Assembly (NCBI GenBank): GCA_951406725.2 | Contig: OX597835.1 | Location: 35,092,001-35,156,000 of the forward strand | DNA length: 64,000 nucleotides | Direction: 5' to 3' | Source of the DNA: Octopus vulgaris | Lineage: Eukaryota | Part shown: one piece after another, positions 13,601 to 26,098 of the stretch | How positions within the stretch are numbered: position 1 is the stretch's first letter | Layout: the number at the start of each line of letters is the position of its first letter | Position numbers and translations under genes: made by a program | The notes under the pieces: model-generated | What the model saw: only the letters and a program-made list of their open reading frames with translations | Databases searched by the model: none | Told to the model about the DNA's origin: nothing

Positions 13601-14012
13601 AATTGTGCTTATGTTGATGAAGTTGATGTTGCTGTCCTTGCTGATGGAAAAGTCTGAGGATAAAACGTATTCCTACCGTGACATTCTCGTCTTTGCCAAC
13701 ATGTTTTATATGTTTGTCTGTGTTGTGTGTGTGTGTGTGTGTGTGTGTGAAACCAAAGTCTCATCATCTATTGTGTCCTTTTCAAAGACAGACGTTAGCG
13801 ATTTGAGGGAGATTTGGCTGCTATTTCCAGATGTAACCGTCCTGTATTAACTAAGATCTCCCGTACAATTTCAGCTCAGGTGATCTTATAAAAAGATAGT
13901 AGGATGTGATTTGAGGGAGATTTGGCTGCTATTTCTAGTAGCTCATTTTGAGGCCACCCTGTTTGGTTCAATTAAAGTAGAAATGCTGTCGGAGAAATGA
14001 ATCCAATTTTCT

Positions 14013-14063
<51 letters not shown>

Positions 14064-14516
14064 AAATACTACTACTACTACTGATAATAATAATACTGTT
14101 GTTGCTGCAGTTGTTCTTTGTTAGGCTACTGGATGAGTATACTTTGGATCAAAATCTTTCCAACCAAGGCCAACCTGTGATAGCGTGTGGTTTGAGTAGG
14201 TTTTATCTGTTATTTCAAGCAGATTGATCAACTACTCCCTCATTGCTTCTCAATGCTAGCGTTGTTGGTGGTTAAGTAGGGTTAGGGGTGTCTCAAAGAT
14301 GATGGTTAGAGGTCATTGACCTGATAATTAATATTGGTTATTATGATGGCATTAGAACTGAAACAGGACTGCGATAATTACACACACACACACACACGTG
14401 CACTCACGTCTTTCTCCTCGCTCTCCCTCTTTTCGCTCTCTCTTTCTCTCCCCCATTCTCTTCCATTCTCTCTCTCTCTGTATATATATACTCTTTACTC
14501 TTTTACTTGTTTCAGT

Positions 14517-14607
<91 letters not shown>

Positions 14608-14608
<1 letters not shown>

Positions 14609-15114
14609 CAATAATAATTCTCTAAAAGGGATATAGACAGTAACTGCTCGATAACATAAGGGACTAAAGCCATCTGAATATGGCTAGGGACAGGGCAGGG
14701 TGGTGGGGGTGTTACTGTTGCATTTAGCCCCAGGCGAACATCGACGTCACCAGAAAGGCTCGACACCGTCACGGTGCCCTTAACCTGCAAAGGGAGGTAA
14801 TTCCCCGATGAAGCGGAAACCACACACGGACCATGGTTTCAAGGTGTATTGCCTATCATCGGCGTGGTAGGCCTCCGCTTCCTCGACGAATTCTCACTCT
14901 GCAGGATTTCATATAGATTTTCAAGCAAAATACATTTGCTGATTTCGAAAATCTGTGGTTTCCGCTTCATCGGAATTACCTCCCTTTGCAGGTTAAGGGC
15001 ACCGTGACGGTGTCGAGCCTTTCTGGTGACGTCGATGTTCGCCTGGGGCTAAATATAACAGTAACACCCCCACCACCCTATGTCCCTAGCCATATTCAGA
15101 TGGCTTTAGTCCCT

Positions 15115-15119
<5 letters not shown>
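14608..15119. mobile_element. PLE-like element with about 170-bp inverted repeat (14654-14824 / 14954-15119) inside (TA)n
   Basis: Arms are near-identical reverse complements (track ORFs 14512- and 14986+ share LQVKGTVTVSSLSGDVDVRLGLN); long (TA)n on both sides. Confidence 0.7.
14825..14866 (-). ncRNA. Hammerhead-like motif, U4-to-C core variant
   Basis: cacg CCGATGA taggcaatacacctt GAAA CCATGG TC cgtg: 4-bp stem I, palindromic stem III, GUC triplet, weak stem II. Confidence 0.6.
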
Positions 15120-15197
<78 letters not shown>

Positions 15198-15200
15198 ATA

Positions 15201-15537
15201 GGCGTACGAGTGGCTGTGTGGTAAGTAGCTTGCTTACCAACCACATGGTTCCGGGTTCAGTCCCACTGCGTGGCACCTTGAGCAAGTGTCTTCTACTATA
15301 GCCTCGGGCCAACCAAAGCCTTGTGAGTGGATTTGAAACTCACAACGGAAACTGAAAGAAGCCCGTCGTATATATGTATATATATATATGTGTGTGTGTG
15401 TGTATGTTCGTGTGTCTGTGTTTGTCCCCCCCCCAACATCGCTTGACAACCGATGGTGGTGTGTTTACGTCTCCGTAACTTAGCGGTTCGGCAAAAAGAC
15501 CGATAGAATAAGTACTAGGCTTACAAAGAATAAGTCC
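15201..15537 (+). mobile_element. SINE family A, 3'-truncated
   Basis: Full head through ...acaaagaataagtcc. Confidence 0.85.
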
Positions 15538-15640
15538 ACTTATGGTCTTACCACTAAGAAAAGACTGACCTCAAGAAAATTCAGTAATTTGCTGAATTTT
15601 CTTGAGAACAATCTTTTCTTAGTGGTAAGAACATTAGTGG
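15536..15640. repeat. Imperfect hairpin with about 49-bp arms
   Basis: ccacttatggtcttaccactaagaaaagactgacctcaagaaaattcag-taatttg-ctgaattttcttgagaacaatcttttcttagtggtaagaacattagtgg. Confidence 0.85.
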
Positions 15641-15787
15641 TTTACTTTTAGCATTATGGATGTCCACTTAGTAGTCATCCCTCTTATATGTATGTAATAT
15701 AACTTTCTGAATCTTCAGATTTTTGAGTATGCTAGGCCACTGGTTTTAAATTGATATTAATCAAATTAATATTCAATTTTTCACTCT

Positions 15788-15920
15788 TGTGTTCCTTTCT
15801 GTGGAAGAGCATAGGCTCGAAACGTTAAAGACTTCTTCACTTCCCGAGCGTTATACTAATGCATCTATTTGTTGTCTAAACTACCTGTCTTCGTCTTTTG
15901 TTTTTTCTTTGAATTCTCCG
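15788..15920 (+). mobile_element. Short PLE-like unit with minimal HHR (15795-15830)
   Basis: cttt CTGTGGA a gagc atag gctc GAAA CG TT aaag; ends at (TA)/(TG) repeats. Confidence 0.65.
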
Positions 15921-15926
15921 TATATA

Positions 15927-15978
<52 letters not shown>

Positions 15979-16104
15979 GACACGCACAGTGACTTACACA
16001 CACCCGCACATACATCCACCAACACACTCGTACACACACGCACACACCCGTCCACCAACACCCACTCCCACCCACCTACACACATGTACACACACACATA
16101 CACA

Positions 16105-16300
16105 GTCTACTCAACTGGCAAAAATGAGTAGTACCTGTATTTCAAAGGGCCAGCCTTGTCACACTGAATCTCCCTGAGAGCTACGTTCATGTCACGTGAC
16201 CCTGTGCATTACTCAGCAAATTGTATGTCAGTTTTACGAGCAGGCTTTTCAGTTAGTCGAATCAACTGGAACACTCCTCGTCGTAACCGACGGTGAACCA
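16105..16300 (+). mobile_element. SINE tail module also found on a D-type head at 43580-43882
   Basis: ctggcaaaaatgag...ggccagccttgtcaca...gtcgtaaccgacgg; also at about 28290-28385. Confidence 0.65.
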
Positions 16301-16423
16301 GGCCGTTCAAGCGTTTTGCCCGATGCTCTGACGATTCCACCATCTTGCCGCCTTGCTAGCTGTGTAGAATTATTTCAAATGTTTTCCACACGGGCAGCTT
16401 GGGGGAGGTGATTAAGTCGATTA

Positions 16424-16996
16424 CATACTTATTTCTTTACTACCCACAAGGGGCTAAGCACAGAGAGGACAAACAAGGACAGACAAACGGATTAAGTCGA
16501 TTATATCGACCCCAGTGCGTAACTGGTACTTATTTATCGACCCCGAAAGGATTAAAGGCAAAGTCGACCTCGGCGGAATTTGAACTCAGAGCGTAGAGGC
16601 AGACAATATACCTATTTCTTTACTACCCACAAGGGGTTAAACATAGAGGGGACAAACAAGGACAGACATAGGTATTAAGTCGGTTATATCGGCGCCAGTG
16701 CCTAACTAGTACTTATTTAATCGACCCCGAAAGGATGAAAGGCAAAGTCGACCTTGGCGGAATTTGAACTCAGAACGTAACGACAGACGAAATACCTATT
16801 TCTTTACTACCCAGAAGGTGCTAAACACAGAGAGGACAAACAAGGACAGACAAACGGATTAAGTCGATTATATCGACCCCAGTGCGATGAAGTGTAAAGT
16901 CGACCTCGGCGGAATTTGAACTCAGAACGTAACGGCAGACGAAACACCACTAAGCATTTCGCCCGGTGTGCTAACGATTCTGCCATCTCTCCGCCT
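16424..16996 (-). mobile_element. SINE family B head-to-tail trimer
   Basis: One complete head near 16996 and three body/tail units joined at aaagaaatag|gtat. Confidence 0.85.
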
Positions 16997-17316
16997 TGTT
17001 GCCTGTATGTAATGACATCTTTGAAATGTCAGTGAAACAGTTTGTCGAACTCAACAGTTATATATTACTGAATGCGTGTGCGTAGGCGTGTGTATGTGTG
17101 TTTGTGTGTTTGTGTGTGTGTGTGTGTGTTTCCTTGATGAGCTTCTGCATTAAGAAAAGCATAGATGCCACATCCAGAGAGACAACTTCATGTCCAACGC
17201 TTTGTGTACGTTTTTTTTTTCCCTTCATTATTCAGAAAATAAGTTTAGAGATGTAAGCAAATTTTGACAAAAATTGTTGAAAAATTGCAGATTTATTTCA
17301 GAATGAACTGAAAGCC

Positions 17317-17410
<94 letters not shown>

Positions 17411-18024
17411 TCACGCGCACACACACAAACACACACACATATCTAGAACATGGTATATATATATATATATATATATATAAATATAAATGTATATATGTAC
17501 ATGAGTATATACATATGTATATGTGTATCTCTTATGTATATATATGTGTATATATATACATATATATGCATGTATTTATGTATATATACATATATGTATA
17601 TATACATACATATATATGCATATATATGTATATATATATATATATGCATATATATGCATGTATTTATGTATATATATATAAATATATACGCATGTATGTG
17701 TATATATATACATATATATGCATGTATATGTATATACATATTTATACACACTCACATATATGAAACATGTATATACATTTATATATTTATACTTAATTAT
17801 ATACCCACAGATAAACATGCATAAATATATATTATATGTATGCTTATTTATATATATATGTATGCATGTACACACACACATGTATATATATATATAGTAC
17901 ATGCATGTATAGGTATGTATTTATACATGAATGTATGTGGGTTGGTGTATAAAAATGTTTGCATAACGAAAATTTTAACCTTAGGATAACAGAATAAATA
18001 TATAACTAAAACTATAAAAAACAA

Positions 18025-18104
<80 letters not shown>

Positions 18105-19092
18105 CACGAAATTAAAAAAAGGTAAAATCTAACAGCTATTTAGGAATTATTTGCTGCAATCCCTTGCAAAATATTTTTCATATTTTACCGGACGTAAATA
18201 ATTCCGATAAAACTTTCTAAAAAATTTTTCATAAAAAAAAAAACGTATATTTTTCATGCTTCTCCTTAAGTTGTATATACCATTTTTCTTTCTCTATTTA
18301 GAAAATTCTTACTTCGTGCCTTTGATTCTGAAAACAAAATATTTTTTTAACAAAAATGGCTTTGAGAGATTGTACTTTGTTTTCGTAGTTGATCGCTAAA
18401 ATGTAAACTAAATTGTGACTTTTTTTCGCATTGAAGTACATTATAAAAATCTAAATAAAATTCAATATTTTCAAATGATATTTCTAAAAATATTTATAAA
18501 TATATTTTGCAATATTTACTATATTTTGTTATGTTGGTGATGTTCGTAGCGTTAAGACTGCTACAGGGACCAAAAGCCACTAAAATTTAAATTATGTTTT
18601 GATGGTTCAAGTCACGAACATAAAGATCTTTTTTAAAATAAAAGGAGGAGAAATGACATCCAATTCAAGGGAAAAATATGACAGTAATTTTTATTCCGAG
18701 AAGAAAAAAGTTTTTTCGAAATTATTTACATTCTGTAGGTAAGAATTGTTGGTTTATACGAACTTTTACAATTTTCTCTACCGCTATTATCAGACTCGCT
18801 AGATATATTATTTGACCCCACAGAAAATAGCGTTTGTTTTTTTCACGAAAACTTATCGATAAGTTAGATCTATTGCAGTTACTTATTTTTATTTTACCTT
18901 GAAAACGTAAGTTGTTGTACTACAGCAGCCGTCATCGTAACTTTTTGTCGAAATCGTTTGTGTTGCCTGCATATTACAGACGAAGCAATCTAAGCATACG
19001 ACTGAATCGAAGCAGACGATAGAGGCAATAGCAACTAAAATCATTCCTGTTAAAATGCATTTGAAATGTGGTGATGATTTTGGTAGTGGTAA

Positions 19093-19450
19093 GGCGGCGA
19101 GTTGGCAGAATCGTTAGCACGCCGGGCTAAATGCTTAGCGGTATTTCGTCTAACGTTACATTCTGAGTTCAAATTCCGCCGAGGACGACTTTGCCTTTCA
19201 TCCTTTCGGGGTCGATAAATTAAGTACCAGTTACGCACTGGGGTCGATGTAATCGACTTAATACCTATGTCTGTCCTTGTTTGTCCCCTCTATGTTTAGC
19301 CCCTTGTGGGTAGTAAAGAAATAGGTATTTCGTCTGCCGTTACGTTCTGAGTTCAAATTCCGCCGAGGTCAAATTTGCCTTTCATCCTTTCGGGGTCGAT
19401 TAAATAAGTACCAGTTATGCACTGGGGTCAATGTATTCGACTTAATCCGT
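19093..19450 (+). mobile_element. SINE family B dimer
   Basis: Second unit starts near 19324 with the junction aaagaaataggtatttcgtctg. Confidence 0.85.
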
Positions 19451-19465
19451 ATGTATATATATATG

Positions 19466-19600
19466 AAGTCGGTATGGAGGATGCTTACAGCCATTGGAAT
19501 GAGAAGAATAGCTTGAAGGGTGGCTGTGCGCAGGATGTGAGAGGCAGCAGAAAGAGCTTCTTGCTGGTTATGGGGTAAGAGTAAGGAGTTAAGAGATAGC
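19466..19600 (+). pseudogene. C-terminal fragment of RLE-type LINE ORF (HERO-like)
   Basis: Translates KSVWRMLTAIGMRRIA*RVAVRRM*EAAERASCWLWGKSKELR; EAAERASxWLW resembles HERO-clade C-termini; two stops. Confidence 0.6.
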
Positions 19601-19662
19601 ATGTTTACGGTTAGAATGATTTTCAATGTAGGTTTTTTCAGTCAAGAATTAAACAACAACAA

Positions 19663-20036
19663 TGGCGGCGAGTTGGTAGAATCGACGACATATTGGTCAA
19701 AATGTTCAGTAGCGTTTCTTCGGCTCTCTACATTCTGAGTTCAAATACCTATTTCTTTACTACCCACAAGGGGCTAAACTCAGAAGGGACAAACAAGGAC
19801 AGACAAACGGATTAAGTCGATTATATCGACCCCAGTGTTTCACTGGTACTTAATTTATCGACCCCCGAAAGGATGAAAGGCAAAGTCGGTCTCAGCAGAA
19901 TTTGAACTCGGAACGTAGCGGCAGACGAAATACCGCTAAGCATTTCGCCCGGTGTACTAACGATTCTGCCAGCTCGCTGCCTGAGTTCAAATACCGCGTG
20001 GCTGATTTTGCCTTCCAAGCTTTCGAGGTCTATAAA
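19663..20036. mobile_element. Old SINE B (+) interrupted by younger SINE B (-, 19750-19980) with 15-bp TSD
   Basis: ctgagttcaaatacc duplicated at 19735-19749 and 19981-19995. Confidence 0.85.
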
Positions 20037-20157
20037 GTTTGACAGAATCAGAAAATGGTGGTATTTCAATCAGAAAATGGCGGTATTTCAATCAGAAAAT
20101 GGCAGTTATTTCTTTTGCGTCTTCCTGGGTGAGAGCCAAACGAAATAGCGCACGCGA

Positions 20158-20391
20158 AGGTGGCGAGCTGGCAGAAACGTTAGCACGCCGGGCGAAATGC
20201 TTAGCAGTATTTCGTCTGCCGCTACGTTCCGAGTTCAAATTCTGCCAAGACCGACTTTGCCTTTCATCCTTTCGGGGGTCGATAAATTAAGTACCAGTGA
20301 AACACTGGGGTCGATATAATCGACTTAATCCGTTTGTCTGTCCTTGTTTGTCCTCTCTGTGTTTAGCCCCTTGTGGGTAAGTAAAGAAATA
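20158..20391 (+). mobile_element. Full SINE family B with 16-bp TSD
   Basis: gaaatagcgc(a/c)cgcga at 20142-20157 and 20392-20407. Confidence 0.9.
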
Positions 20392-21082
20392 GAAATAGCG
20401 CCCGCGATAGTCCACTCTAATTTCCTTTTGCACATACGCTTTTCTTATATACCTCATTAACACATCAAACAGCGGGCATAATTAATAAACGAGGAAAAGA
20501 AAACGGGAAGGAAACAGCAAAAAATAACGAAAGCACAATGTGATTTAGGAGTTATTATACATGCAAACGTACACGTTGTGATACGCACTCAGCCCCACCC
20601 TCATACGAACGCACACCCAAGGAGCGATGTAATCGATTTACCCTCTTCCCTCAAAATTTTCGGGTGTCCCCTTCAGGAAGTAATGTTGTGATCGCGGTCA
20701 CTTATTTGCCGTGGAAACCAGGTGAGCGGTTTTCTTGACTCCTACAGCTCAAGAAATTTATTTTCGAAAAGAAAAAAGCAAGAAAAAAAAGACAGTAAAA
20801 TAACGAAAACAATACAAATCAACACCCATGAGTGTGTGTGTGTGTGGGGGGGGGGAGTCAAAGGCTTTATATAGTTGCTAAGCCTGCCAGTAATAGCAGC
20901 TAGATCTGTTGCAAATTGTGCCTTGCCATTTTAGAAAGCTCAGTGTACCTGAATCTCAAACAGGTTGGGTGGCCATATATATAACGCCTTCCTTTTCGCT
21001 CTTGTTTGCTCGGTCAGCGCAGACCTGGGATTAACAATTTCAATTACAACAACAATAACTACTGCTACTGAAGATAATAATG

Positions 21083-21119
<37 letters not shown>

Positions 21120-21200
21120 CAACGATACTACTACTACAGCTTCTGCTACCGTTACCTCTGCTATTCCTACTACTTCCACTATTACTACTAAAATAGTAGA

Positions 21201-21231
<31 letters not shown>

Positions 21232-21291
21232 GTAGTAGTAGTAGTAGTACAGATGACACTGCTCTTACTGCTACTACAACTACTACTACTT

Positions 21292-21350
<59 letters not shown>

Positions 21351-22156
21351 GCTATTATAGTAAATCAATGACTACTACTACTGCTATTATAGTACACAGC
21401 GTCCAAAGCGCCATTATCAGTGATGACGACACAGAAGTTGACAACGACCGAAGAACGTCATCGGTAAAAGACTTGTCTTCAAATTTTCGGACAGACTCGC
21501 AATATAATTGCGATTGGGCAGGCAACGAGCGAGAGGAGAAGAAGACGGCATGGCATCAACCCTCAGAATGATGAGAACAAATTGTCAGCTATCTTCACAA
21601 ATATTGACAGAGGTTCTTCTGGAGTTTGACAGAATCAGAAAATGGCGGTATTTCTCAGGAGACAGCGGACATCATTAATAAAAGAGGAAAAGAAAAACGC
21701 GGGAAAGTAACAGTAAAAAAAAATAACGAAAGTACAATGTAGTTTAAGAGTTATTATACATGCAGACGTACACTTTGTGATACACACTCACGCCCTCACA
21801 CACACACACACAAATACGAATGCACACACACATTCATACGAACGCAAATACACACACATACACGCACACAAATATATGTGTGTATGTATTTATATAAGAG
21901 TCTATGAGTCTATGCGTATATTTAAATACACACAGAAAAAAGAGAGAAATTCACGCATACATGTAGAAATGTATATGCATATGTGTGTTTGTGTGTACAC
22001 AGAGTCACACAGACACACAGAGACACACACAGACACATAGACATACTTATACGCAGATACACGTACACAAATAAACGGACCCCTTGGTTCATTTTGCGAT
22101 GGTTCTGTCGATGAAAAATACTAAAAATGTCTGTATAGTTAGATAAATAGATAGAC

Positions 22157-22208
<52 letters not shown>

Positions 22209-22213
<5 letters not shown>

Positions 22214-22509
22214 CGTGATCACCTTGACCGACCAGGCTATCAGATGTTGCTACACATCGCTGGTCACAATGTACTTTGCATTGTTTTTAGCCTTCAAATG
22301 ACGCCACCCCGCTGGCTAAGTGACCAGGCCAACAGAAGAAAGAGTGAGAGAAAGTCGTGGCGGAAGAGTACGGCAGGTGTTGCCACCACCCCCTGCCGGA
22401 GCCTCGTGTTTTCGCTCAATAAACACTCACAACGCCCGGACTGGGAATCGAAACCGCGATCCTACGACCGCGAGTCTGCTGCCCTAACCACTGGGCCATT
22501 GCGCCTCCA
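22209..22509 (-). mobile_element. SINE family C with tail type 1
   Basis: Head tggaggcgcaatggcccagtgg at the right end; tail abuts (TA)n. Confidence 0.85.
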
Positions 22510-23013
22510 CTTTTTTTTAAGGTAAAGTAGACCTGGGCGGCATTTGAAGTCAGAATGTAGTAATAGACGAAATACCACTGACCATTTTGTCCAGTGTGCT
22601 AATAATTCTGCCAGCTCACCACCTCATATATATATATATATATATATATATAAGCATATATCCATCCATCTACATATACACACATGCACATGCAGACTCA
22701 GTGAAACAACCCTTTGAATCACCTTTGTAACTTTATGTCGATTGAAAACATTGCAAGTGTATGTGTGTGTTATATGAGTGCGCATGTATACATACTCACA
22801 CGCGCAAACTGGCATACACACGCACACACACACATACACACACACACACACGCACAAATACGAATGGACACACGCATACACACACATGCACACACAAATA
22901 CACACACACACTCGCACGCATGCACATAATGAACGAGAGATATAATCAGACAGGTAGCTCTCATTACATCTCTCTCCTTTCTCTTCCCAATCTCTCTTTG
23001 GACTTTCCTTTGA

Positions 23014-23046
23014 TATCTGACGAAGAACTATCTCCGAAACGTTATA
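23014..23046 (+). ncRNA. Minimal hammerhead-like motif in PLE-like remnant
   Basis: tat CTGACGA agaactatctcc GAAA CG TT ata; canonical core, degraded stem II. Confidence 0.5.
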
Positions 23047-23498
23047 CTTATATTAACTATGAACGTCCCTTGGACTTTTGTTGTTTGTATTATTTGCATA
23101 TGATGGCTTTTGATTTTTGTATAATTTTCAATCATACATACACATATACAGATATATATAGATACATGGTTGCTCCATCTTCACAGCTGATTGCCGTCTC
23201 CTTGGGTTTCCTCACTCTCAATGGCATTTCTGACTTTCTGTCCATGCCCTCTCAGATAACTATGTAGGAAGCAAATTTATGAAAATCTACAAGTCTAGAA
23301 TCATTGGCGAAGGAACAAGGAAATTTACAGTGTCTTAGAAATGCAAAAAAATTCATACAAGAAGAAAGATGCTTTTAAAAGATACAAAGACATAGTAATG
23401 CTTTTAAAAAAGCACACACACACATATATATATATGTGTGTATATACATATGTATATATGCATACACACAGATGTATGCACACATATACATATATATA

Positions 23499-23566
<68 letters not shown>

Positions 23567-23569
<3 letters not shown>

Positions 23570-23745
23570 AGAGTTTAGGAAAAAAACAAAAGACGAAGAC
23601 AGGTGGTGTACAAAACAAACAGATATATTAATATAACACTCAGGAATAGAAAAAGTCGTTTACGTTTCGAGCCTACGCTCTTCTACAGAAAGGGATACAG
23701 AAAAAACAAGGAGAGAAAAAAGGAGAGAAAAAAAGAGAGAAAAAA
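23567..23745 (-). mobile_element. Short PLE-like unit with minimal HHR (23657-23692)
   Basis: Minus strand: cttt CTGTAGA a gagc gtag gctc GAAA CG TA aacg; 3' end at (TA)n. Confidence 0.65.
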
Positions 23746-23767
23746 GACACACACATGTACATATATA

Positions 23768-24650
23768 CAGGGGTGGGATAAAATAGTGGAGACACTTAGC
23801 ATCATAGGATCATAATTTTGAAATATCTATAAAACCGTCAAAGGCTTGTTCATTTTTATGTTTTTTGATTTATTATTATTGTTGCTTAATATGTTTTGCT
23901 AAAATTGCTGTTTCTTTTCAGATGACATCAAAAAAAGGTAATTAAAATTCATTAAAACGACAGATCTATCGGATTTTGAAAGAGATGAGATTGTTGGTGC
24001 TCGTGTGGCAGGCGCTAGCTTAATGAAATCAGCCGAAATGCTTAGTGTTTCAAGAAGTACTGTTTCAAAAGTAATGACAGCCTTTGACAAAGAGGGAAAA
24101 AACCTCCTCGTTGAAACAAAATTCCGGAAGAAAACAAAAACTTTCAGATTGGGGCTGTCGGACTCTTACGCGAATTGTTAGAAAAGATCACAAAAGTACA
24201 GCCCCCCCAAATTACTGCAGAGCTTAATGACCACCTTGAGAACCCAGTTTTCCACAAAAACTATTCACTGGGAGCTGCACAAAGCCGGATTTCACAGGAG
24301 GGCTGCAATCAGAAAAACACTACTTTCAAAAACAAACGTTGCAAAGCGTTTAGAGAGGAGCAAAAATCCACAGAATTGATCTCTAGGGCAGTGGAAGAAT
24401 GTTATTTTCTCGGACGAGTCATCCGTTACCTTATTTCCGACCACCAGCTGAATATACGTGTAGAGACAGCGAATAGAAGCATTAGATCCAGACTGCTTTC
24501 TTCCAACTGTTAAACATGGAGGAGTATCTGTGATGATCTGGTGGGGCGGGCTTTATCTTGGAAATCCGCCGTCCCAATGGTTTCTCTTCATGGCAGAATT
24601 AATAAAGACTATTTAAGCATTTTATCTGATCAAATTCATCCTATGGTTGC
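23768..24650 (+). mobile_element. Tc1-family DNA transposon remnant with disrupted transposase (about 23957-24650)
   Basis: TA + CAGGGGTGG TIR-like start. Peptides DLSDFERDEIVGAR, VSRSTVSKV, GRKQKLS, QITAELN, QWKNVIFSDES and PTVKHGGVSVMIW; frameshifts and stops; 3'-truncated. Confidence 0.9.
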
Positions 24651-25756
24651 GTTTTTCTTTTATCTTTCTTCCAACCTCACTTGTATCATGTAGTTTGTAG
24701 AAAGAAAAAATCAGAAATATTTTCTGATGAGTTCACTAGGTATGAAAGCGGTAATTTTGTAAAAATACCAAAATAAGACTATATTTTAACTATATTCTGT
24801 AATTTGTTTATATTTATTAATGCACACCATTAACTGATTGTTATATCATTGCTGTTATTTCCGTTATTTAGAACAGGTTTGAACATTTTAATAAACCGTT
24901 TTTCTTTTATCTTTCTTCCAACCTCACTTGTGTCATGTAGTTTGTAGAAAGAAAAACTTAGAAACATCTTCTGACCACATATTTCTATACTAGTCTGTCC
25001 GGGGCTATAGTAAAAGGCACTTGCTTAAGGTGTTGGAGAGTGGGACGGAGCCAGAAACCATGAGAATGCATCGTTATTTCCAACCACATGGTTGAAAATA
25101 ACGATGGTTCTGCCAATTTGCGAGTCGTAAACGCAAAACCATGTAGCCACTTACTTTTGCGTCTTCCTGGGTGAGAGCCAAACGAAATAGCGCCCGCAAT
25201 AGTCCACTTTAATTTCATTTTGTACTTACACTTTTCTTATATACATCCGTATTGATTTCTCTCATTGATGATACCATTCCCTACATAGGCACAAAGGTAA
25301 TTCTTTCCCCACAAAATTGTACTTGATATTCGAGACTCTAATAAAGTTATAAGGAGTTATTAAGGCACTCAGCTATGAGTCCACTGTATCTTATAGCAAA
25401 AATAGCTGTAAGCTAAGTTCATAAGATAATCACCAATTCCTTTGTCATCTCTTTCTTTCTTATTACCGTTCTACACTCAGCCAACACTTCATTCTGAAAC
25501 ATTGAGTTCTACACCGGGTTATTCATCTTGAAATGCCTGAGCGAAGTATTAAAGCACACACACACATATATATACACACATACACACAATATATATACAT
25601 GTATACATATATATATTAAACCACGGTTTGACCTTTAAATTACCTACTACCGTATGTCTTATAACAAGGACCATACATACTGAGGTAATACACCAAGAGT
25701 GCCTACGGTTACATCTATCACTTAGATGGTTGCATAACCTCTAACTTATATCTTAC

Positions 25757-25801
<45 letters not shown>

Positions 25802-25805
25802 ACAC

Positions 25806-25898
<93 letters not shown>

Positions 25899-25930
25899 CA
25901 CATACATGTATATACATGCATATATTTTAA

Positions 25931-26005
25931 TTGCCTTGATGACTGAAGAGATGCCGGTGCAGGTTTCTGCCCCAACACCCGAAACTCGGAGTTTTATCAT
26001 GGCAA
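25931..26005 (+). ncRNA. Type I hammerhead ribozyme in a short unit flanked by (TA)n
   Basis: ttgccttgatga CTGAAGA gatgccggtgcag gttt ctgccccaacaccc GAAA CTCGGAG TT ttatcatggcaa; 12-bp stem I with one mismatch, partly decayed stem II. Confidence 0.7.
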
Positions 26006-26098
26006 CCGAATAATTGTCCCATTTTATTTTACGAATAAATTCCACTAGTTACATAATATCAAGGGCTCTTTTATTCTTTTGGTGTTTTACCATTACTA

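Noticed and set aside
12800-13660. Possible Pro/His/Thr-rich or Gly-rich exon
   Set aside because: Stops in the frames examined; behaves as degenerate trinucleotide repeat.
13800-13936. 28-bp direct repeat gatttgagggagatttggctgctatttc
   Set aside because: Probably fragments of a common dispersed repeat; no further structure.
14803-14824. ccgatgaagcggaaac as a second hammerhead on the plus strand
   Set aside because: No convincing stem II, stem III or stem I partner.
16424-16996. CRISPR-like regular repeats
   Set aside because: Units are whole SINE bodies with no unique spacers; eukaryotic context, no cas genes.
20965-21571. ORFs resembling a signal peptide plus acidic/Thr-rich protein
   Set aside because: Mostly (GAT)n, (TAG)n and (TAC)n; no supportable splice structure or homology.
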